From assembly GCA_030390025.1 (NCBI GenBank), contig CM059432.1:43340001-43404000 (forward strand): DNA of 64,000 bases, in the 5' to 3' direction. Of the stretch, positions 55,911-64,000 are shown piece after piece. The position numbers and the translations under genes were made by a program. How positions within the stretch are numbered: the stretch's first letter is position 1; every line of letters begins with the position of its first letter. Source of the stretch: Squalus acanthias (taxonomy: Eukaryota). The notes below the pieces were generated by a model that made no database searches, was not told the DNA's origin, and saw only the letters and a list, made by a program, of their open reading frames with translations.

Positions 55911-57680
55911 CCTGGGCTCCAAGCTCTGCGCAGACCCCATGCAATGTTGGAGGCGGAATCCTCCACGCTCCTTGACATTGCCACGGGACTCTTTGGCAGA
56001 CTTGCCATTGCACCTACCAATTCGATATGCATGCCCAATACCCACCTTCTGAAGGCTGCCCCATTGAGGTCCTAATCTGAGTCCTGTGTAGCAGAACTCG
56101 CACGCGAACTCGCCCTCTGGGGAGCTGGCCCCCGAGCTACCCTTTCCCCCTGGCCTTGCTGCAGCCCACAGCTTCACCCTGTACAGATCCCACTACTACA
56201 CTAGCCTCTAAAGTACACGCAGTGCCAGTTCCTGAGCTGGTGTCTGTGAGTGACAGATGCAGTGACGCCGTGTCTTCTTCTTCTTCTCCCCCCTCGCTCT
56301 CGTGCATCACCTCGGGGACAGGCTGGTCTGGTGCTTGTTGTTGATTATCTGAAAGCAGAAAGGCACAAGAGTCGGGTTATGGTGAGGGGAGGGAGGGGGG
56401 AAGCAAGATATCCATGCATACAGCACCAGCAGCTTGAAAGTGAGAAGAGATTGTGGGCTGAGGGGGAATTGGGATGTGAGAAGAAGGATTAGGTATGAGC
56501 ATACTGTTGTTGTGCCCAAGGAGTTTAACCTCACTGGTTGCCACGGACTCTATGATCTGCCACTTAATGATGTCCAGCACGCTCTCCTCCAGCTGGCTGA
56601 GGTTGTGGATGTCAGCCTGCCCCCCACCTGTCTGCTGTTGCTCCCTCCAGTTAGGCGCGACCTTGGCCTGCAAGAGAGAGAGAAGTGTGTGAGTGGGTGT
56701 GGTGCAATGTGTTTGGGTGATGTGCCTGCCATAGTTGAATAGCTGTCGGTGTGTGCAAGGTGTGAGATGTGGGTGTGAGTGTTGCAGCAGTGGTAAGGTT
56801 GTGAGGGTGAAGTGAAGCTCTGATTGTGATGTCTGAGTGGTGATAGGTAGAGATTGTTGGTAGGTGAATGCTGGGGGTGTGGTGCACTGAGTAGTGTGTG
56901 AGGCTTGTGGTGCAGATGGTGGGTGCCCAACCCGCCTCCATGCCATCTTCCCAGGAGGCGGGTAGCTGTTCCGCACCGGGTCCCGTCTCCTTGGCGGCGG
57001 GAAGGGATTAAAGCCTATTAACTGCCTGTTAACAGGTAGTTAACAGGCAGAAAATAGGATTATCCCCTTTTTGCCCTCACAAGTGCGGACTTCCCGAAGG
57101 CTCCGAAATCCGCCAGGTCAGCGAGGCGAGTAGGGGGTCTGCGGGGGTCGGGGGGGGGGGGCAAAGGTGTGCTGTGAAGGTAAGTGATGGGTGCAAGTGT
57201 GGAGAGGTGAGTATCTGAGGTAAGTGCAAAGTGTTAGTAAAAGTGTACTTACTTTTGTTTCTTCCTGCAGGCTTCAATCAGTGGGTATCCGGAGAGTCTC
57301 GCACCTCCGCGTTGGAGATGAGAGATGGCCGTTGCATTCTCCAATGCAACAACCATCTCATTTCTGCAAAAGAAAGATGTTTGATGAGGTCTTGAAATCA
57401 AGACCTCATCAAACTATAGAGAATGTCAGTGTTTGACAGCTTCACAGAGCTGTCAAACGATGACAATTCATCTGTCAAAAATTTTTGACAGATGAAACGT
57501 CATACGTTGACGTTATCTGCAACCGGCTTTCCCTTAATTGGCCTGCTAAGCCCGCTGGGCGGGCTTAACAAGGTCAATCAAGGGAAAATAGTGTGGGTTG
57601 GCCAGAAGTTGTTGGAGGCAGGACTGAAACCCAAGTGGGAGTCCCGCCTTCAAAAGCTCCCAATTGGCAAAATCACCCCC
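55911..57680 (-). mobile_element. Harbinger-derived remnants (Myb exon 2/3-like) and a MITE-like end
   Basis: AKVAPNWREQQQTGGGQADIHNLSQLEESVL and MHIELVGAMASLP resemble the 33155-34974 protein. The region ends GGCAAAATCACCCC. Confidence 0.6.
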
Positions 57681-57900
57681 TTAGCTCCTAGCTCCTGATA
57701 CTCTCCAAACAGGACCTCTTGCCTACTCTTTCCTATGTTGTTGGTACCAACATGGCCCACAATGACTGGATCCTCCCCCTCCCTCTCTAATATTCTTTCA
57801 CGCCGGTTCGTGATGTCTCTCATCCTAGAATCAGGTAGGCAACATACCATAGGGGATTTTTAATCATGCTTACAAAGGATGCTATCTGTCCCCCTAATTA
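57681..57900 (-). mobile_element. CR1 ORF1 SGNH-esterase fragment
   Basis: VCCLPDSRMRDI...PVIVGHVGTNNIGK. Confidence 0.72.
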
Positions 57901-60136
57901 TTGAATCCCCCAAAACTACCACATTATGCTTCCCCCTCCTCCTCCTCATCCCCCCAAGGTGCCTTGGTCAGCATTCTGGCTGTCCTTCCGACAATCTTTA
58001 TCCTTCATCTCACAGATAGCAAGTACCTTGTGCCTGTTGGATAGGATCAGTTTCTGCGGATACTCGTTCTCTAATCTAAAGGGATATGGGAACAACAACA
58101 ACTTACATTTATATAGCACCTTTAACGCAGTAAAACAGCTCAAGGTGCTTCACAGGAGCGTTATCAAACAAAACAGGGTAAATAAATGTAATTGGAACTA
58201 TTTGCTCACTTGTAGCGCAGACGATGCCACAGACTGGTTGGGCCGAATGGCCTGTTTTCATATTGTAACTTCTATGTATGTGTGTGTAACTACACCAAGC
58301 TCACTGGCATGAAAACATTACCTCCACAATATATATTACAACATAAAACAGATAGACGCGTGTGATTACAAAGCTTCTATTATCTTTTTATTTAAATAGC
58401 AAACCCACCACTTCACCATGATGAGTATTTTGGATCTAACTGAGTTAAGCAGAATGTAACGCCACGTTCTCGCCCATTTGCGTCTGACAGTGGGACAGTC
58501 ACCCACATGATAGATTCATTCTTGTGTCTGTCACTCAAGCTCTATCAGCTGGCTTCGAGGTGTGCGTGAATAATTAAAAAGCTACCTCTGGAAGGATGAT
58601 GGTATGGCATACCAGCATTTAAAAATAAATAAGATTTTTTAAAAGGATACCATTCCTTTAGTATATAGCAAGGCCTAAAATCTGTGGCCAGTAGATCTGG
58701 AAATTAAGCCCTGGTATCTCCAGGTTTATGTCAAGGATTCTGGGATGCTTGTCGGGCTATTTTCAAGTGTTTTTACTTCAGCTGCAGAGGGTGGTTGAAA
58801 GAGGGATTGTGGCAAATTGGATTTTGCCTAAATTGAATTAACTGGATTTTTAGACTATTTCTCTAGCATTTTTCCCAACAATAAACTAGCAGCCTGAAAC
58901 CAGGCTGGTTATAATGGTAATTTAAAGTGCTAATTAGTTATTCAAAGGGAGGATCATTATGTACAATCTCCAACATTTTGGGCTATTGTAAGAAGATGGC
59001 TCATTCTGACACCTGATGGTCCAGGTGTCATTCCATTCCATTCGCATAGCAGGAGGGCTTAGCTAAGTGAGACATGTGGGAACCTTCTGCTCCCATATCA
59101 AAAGAGTCGGTTGTCACAGACTTAAGCTGAATTCCCAAAGGACTCTCTCTCAAGACTCAGAATGCTCTGTGTTTTCTCTCTCTCATACTCAGAATGTCCT
59201 GTGTTTTCACAGCAGCAGCTGTATTTTAAAAGTCTGAACCAGTTTAACTTTGGAATCTTAGTTACGGAACGTGAACCCATGTTTAGAGAGTTTATAAGTT
59301 GCGTCTTTATTATTTTTCATGAGTGAGGAGCATAGGAAAATGTATTGTTCCTACTGTTCGAAAGTGTGTTCCATTCATTCATAAGCCAGCCATTATTCTG
59401 AAGCTGTGTTTTGTTTCGATAGAGTGCTTTTCAGTCCACTTTTCATGAAAAGAATAACATTTACCTGGTGGCACATGCAATATTTCAATAACCAGTATAT
59501 GGAGTAAGCGTTCTCGGTTACAATTCCTGGGTCATGCTATTGTGTATCTAGGTAGTGGACAGACTCTGGGTCATAGAGAATGCAAGGTCTGCTCACAGAA
59601 GCGACTGGTGACGCTGAACTGGAGTGAATAGCTTGCGCACAAGGCCAAAAATTGTGACAGAAATGGAGGAATAATTACAGCAGCTGTGTTTTGTTTTATT
59701 TATACCCATCATTTGAAAACTACACTTGTTCACATAAAGATTTATTTACCGCAAATGTATATATAAATCTTTACACAAACAATATTCACGAATTTTGAAT
59801 ATAAACAAAGAAAGGGTAGATGCTGTAATCATTGCTGCCGTGGGTAAGGAAAACAGTCTATTTATTTTTCAAGAACCAATCAAAAAACAATTGCTTCATT
59901 GCCTTAGAGCAGAATTCTTACAAACTTTTTCCCAAATTCTTTCACTAGAAGTACTCCTCTCCCGCTTACATATCTCAACACTCCATCTTGCAAACAGTTT
60001 AACCTTTGACTCACCACGACAAAACCACAGGAAATCTGCTGATATATACTGTTTGCCTAGCGTGCATTTTCTTGGTCACAAATTGGGTTTTATAGTTACC
60101 TATCTGCAAATAAATTTCTGTGTCATTCTTAAACCT

Positions 60137-60585
60137 CATGATGCGGAGATGCCAGCGTTGGACTGGGGTGGACAAAAATGAGAAGTCGCACAACACCAGG
60201 TAGTCCAACAGATTTATTTAAAATTACAAGCTTTTGGAGATATCCTGCCCCTTCTTCAGGTAAAGTTACACTGAGTGAATCTACAAAAGTTCACAATATA
60301 AACACAGATACTACAGAGATACAGGGCTGGATTTTGTCTTGGGGTCGGGTTGGGGTCGTGTAATCCGCATTTCGTGTTTCCCCCCCGACTCCAGACTAAT
60401 GTGGGTGCCTGATGCAATTTTCACTTAATTGGGCAATTGAGTTGGAGCATGTGGGAACCCATGAACTAATTAGTGTTTTCAGTCTGAAAGTCGCCTCTGA
60501 TGATGTCATCATTACTGACTGCCAAGTCTCAGAGACTGTTGGTGAGAGAGGACTTGCCTGGCTTTTGATGTGAGTGGACCTGGAT

Positions 60586-60620
<35 letters not shown>

Positions 60621-60627
60621 CAGAGAC

Positions 60628-60661
<34 letters not shown>

Positions 60662-61133
60662 CATTCGAGACACACGACAACGCAAAATCATCGAGCAGAA
60701 ACTGATAGCCAAGTTCCGCACTCATGAGGACGGCCTCAATAGGGATATCGGGTTCATGTCACGCTACAGAACGTGACTTGACATCGTTGTCTGTCTTTCC
60801 AGTTTTTTAAAAAACAAACACAAAAAAACAAACCCAAAATACAAACCCCAAAAATACGGAGAGAGAGGAAGGGGCATGGAGAGAGATCGGCTACAGACAG
60901 CAGGATTTGACACGTTGGACCCCCTGGGACACATCTCATTGTCTTGGCTGTGCTCTTGGTGTGTCTTTGATGTAAGGAAAGATTGTATCTCTGTAGTATC
61001 TGTGTTTATATTGTGAACTTTTGTAGATTCACTCAGTGTAACTTTACCTGAAGAAGGGGCAGGATAGCTCCGAAAGCTTGTAATTTTAAATAAATCTGTT
61101 GGACAATAACCTGGTGTTGTGCGGCTTCTCATT
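60137..61133 (+). mobile_element. Penelope-like element remnant with inverted pseudo-LTRs, interrupted by a partial MITE (60324-~60590) and (GA/GACA)n
   Basis: GIY-YIG C-terminus IRDTRQRKIIEQKLIAKFRTHEDGLNRD at 60663-60776. Inverted repeat 60177-60323 vs 60984-61133. CATTCTTAAACCT occurs at both flanks. Confidence 0.8.
61047..61082 (+). ncRNA. Minimal hammerhead-ribozyme-like motif in the Penelope pLTR
   Basis: CTGAAGA, stem II (GGGGC/GCTCC), GAAA, palindromic AAGCTT. The inverted copy at 60225-60260 has GAAA changed to AAAA. Confidence 0.62.
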
Positions 61134-61989
61134 CTTAAACCTGATAGGCACAAATTTCACATTCTTAAAAGATTAACTAACTCAAAACTGTCAGGTAGGG
61201 AATGTATCCATGAGCAGGTAGGAAGCAGGAATGAAAACCACCAATCATGAAGTTCAACAAATTATGGCGGTGAAATTCGACGTCAGTGGTAACACAAAAT
61301 GGGCGATAGTGAATCGACAGACAATTTTACACCCTATCTGATTTTTTTATCACCCCTGACTATAATACTAGGCCAGAGCCTGCTGTATTATGAGAAGAGA
61401 GGGTGGGCTGCATTCTTCAGCTGAGGTAAACAGGTCACAAGGTGTAAGGCTCCCTTAGCTGCAAAGAGATGGTGGGTGTGTTTTCTTCTGTTCCTGTTGG
61501 AATAGGAAAAAAACATTAAATGCCTCCTGAGGCAAATATCTGCAACATCTACGAAGGCAATGGGCCCTAAACAGTGCCAGAAATAATCTCTTTTAAACTG
61601 CTCACTGAAAAGAGAAAGAGGAAATTCGAAATGGAGAAGCCTGATGAACAAGGCCTCCACTATAATAAGGAGCAATTGCATAACTTCAAAAGGATTTGTT
61701 TTCCTATTTATCTGATGACAAAGATAAAAGTATGTTTATTATTTTAAAATAAACAGCTGTATGAAAATGTATTTCGTGGTATAATACTCTCCTTATAAAC
61801 AAGCATATCATCCAAATTACAGTGAGTAACACCACAGGAGATACACTACATTTGTAATAATTGTGAATTTCAAATATTTTAACACAACTAATAATCCTTT
61901 ATACATTTAACATGGTGAAGGAAAATTGTCAATTGGTATACATGTGTCTGTATACCATATCAAGAACAAAAATTGCATTTTTCAACCCG

Positions 61990-64000
61990 AGCCATTCAAT
62001 ACTTTTCCACTTTTTCCCCCTCTTTTCCTTTTCTCTCTATCCCTCCCTGACTGGTCTCTCCTGTCATCATGCCTCCTTTCATCTCTCCTCTCTTGGATAC
62101 TCTGCCCTCCCAAATCCCTCCCCCAACCCTTCATTACTCTTCGACCTTCCTACTCTCCTGCCACCGTCCCAGGCTTGACTCCCTCTTAGCTAAGCCTATA
62201 GCTTCCCTCTGTGCCTCTCTTGAAATTCTACGAAGGGCCCATCGAGCCACTCGTCACTGCCTCCTTACGAGTAGCAACCCAAACTGTCCCATCCTATACT
62301 CTCGACGACCTTCCCGCCCAGCGCGCCCACTGGGGGCAAATCTTGCCAATCTCCTCCCCATCCAACTCATCCCCCCCAGCACTGACCCTGTGGATGCTGG
62401 CAGTGGGTCAGCCATCACCGACCCTCTCCGCATCTCCCTCCAGAATGGCCGTTCACTTGCGAACAAGGCCCTTGCCATCCAGGAGCTTATTGTGGATGAT
62501 TGCATCGACATCATGGCCCTCACGGAAACTTGGCTGAAGGGTGATGACACCTTATCCTTAAATGAAGCCTCCCTGCCTGGCTATACTTTCCACCACTTGC
62601 CCCGTTCAGACCGCTGTGGTGGCGGTGTGGCTCTCATCACCAAATCACACCTTGGTCTTTCCCCCTATTCCTCTGGCACTTTCTCCTCCTTTGAGCATCT
62701 TACCTTGTTCCACCCCTCTCACCTCATTTAAAAATCTCGTTCTCTACCGCCCACCCAAGTAACATAGAAATTTTATTACCGAGATATCTTCACTGCTTTC
62801 CTCCCTCAGCCTCTGCACTGAGCGACTTCTCATCCTCGGTGATTTCAACCTCCATCTCAATTCATCATGCTCTCTCTCCTCTGAGTTCACTAGCCTCCTA
62901 TCCTCCCTTAATCTCTCCCTCCATGTAAAGTCGCCAACCCATATTCACGGCCACCTCCTCGACCTTGCCATCTCTCGTGGCCTCACTAATCCGATCGTGT
63001 CAATCGCAGATAAGGCCATCTCTGACCACTTCCTCGTATCGCTCTCCAACCACATCCCCCTTCCACCTCCCCCCACCCCCCCCCCACCCCCACCTCCCTG
63101 CAACACTACTTCCTTTTGCGTCCGGCCCTGGAAAAAACTCTCTCCCAACTCTCTTACAATGGCACTTATGAAATCCCAACTGTCCAGCCTTTGGCCCTCC
63201 ATCCACCATGACATTTCTGCAGCTACCGATCAGCTCAACCACCGCCACCTTTAATTCTGTTTAGGTTCCAGCTGGTTAATTTTCTTTTGTGGATTCATTA
63301 TTTTGTACATTATTTGACATTGCTCCCAAAATCTCCTCACCACCATCCTCTCTGCTGGTGTTCTCTTCACTGCTGGTCCTACCAGTCCACCATGTTGTTG
63401 TTTACCATCCATGCGAGCAAATAATCCAACTCATATTTACCCTCACCACCACCTTTGATGCCCTAGTCCCTATTTAAACAGTTACTCTCTCTCACCCTGG
63501 CTGTTCCCCCTGGTACGGCCCTCATCTTCACTCTCTTAAGTCCAAGGGATGCAGACTTGAATGGATATGGTGGACAACTGGTTTAGCCATTCACCGCCAG
63601 ATCTGGCTGGACCACATAAAGCATTATCGGGTCCTGCTCTCATCTGCCAAAATTGCTCACTATTCTAGAATCTTTCTGGAATGCAAAGCTAAACTTTGCT
63701 CCTATACTCTACTGCTAACCGTCTTCTTAAACTCCTCTCCCCTTTTCTCCTCCACCCTCACCTCCGACAACAAGTGTGAGGAGCTCATGGACTTCTTTGT
63801 CTCTAAGATTGAGACCATCCATTCAGCTGCCTCTGCCACTTCCCTTCCTTCCCCTAGCCCACTGGGCCAAACTTCCTCTAAGGTTCCCCCCTGCCCTAGC
63901 CCTGAACTCACATCTTTCTCCAGTTTCTCTCCGATCTTCCCTCACGACCTCTCCATGCGCATCTTGTCCATGAGACCCACTTCCTGCTCCCTCGACCCTA
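61990..64000 (+). mobile_element. L2 LINE, 5' region and endonuclease part of ORF2, running off the window
   Basis: ISLQNGRSLANK, DIMALTETWL, ILGDFNLH. Closely similar to 2326-3590. Confidence 0.9.

Noticed and set aside
60396..60725. ORFs with SL/CL dipeptide runs
   Set aside because: These are translations of the (GA)/(GACA) microsatellite.

Overview
This is a vertebrate nuclear window made almost entirely of nested transposable elements, and I could not support any host protein-coding gene. The repeat content (CR1, L2, Deu-core tRNA SINEs, Harbinger, Penelope) suggests a cartilaginous fish, which is an inference. Main contents: (1) many CR1, L2 and CR1/Zenon-like LINE fragments; (2) a young Ty3/Gypsy element (10999-15503) whose PBS position pairs with its own LTR instead of a tRNA; (3) an older decayed Gypsy element (25379-30076); (4) an apparently coding-intact Harbinger transposon (32803-36958: spliced Myb gene plus DDE transposase) and several Harbinger-type MITEs or derivatives; (5) a Penelope fragment with inverted pLTRs and hammerhead motifs; (6) tandem LTR-like units. 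The most unusual feature is a pol-less endogenous retrovirus-like element on the minus strand (39450-47526). It has a ~1.7 kb LTR, an 18-nt tRNA-Arg PBS and an intact gag ending in a UGA-CUAG readthrough signal. That stop is in frame with an unrecognised repeat-rich ORF sitting where pol should be. It also has a ~783-codon env with an N-terminal Ig-like domain and a paramyxo/pneumovirus-F-like (lokiretrovirus-like) fusion module, broken by only one TAG.
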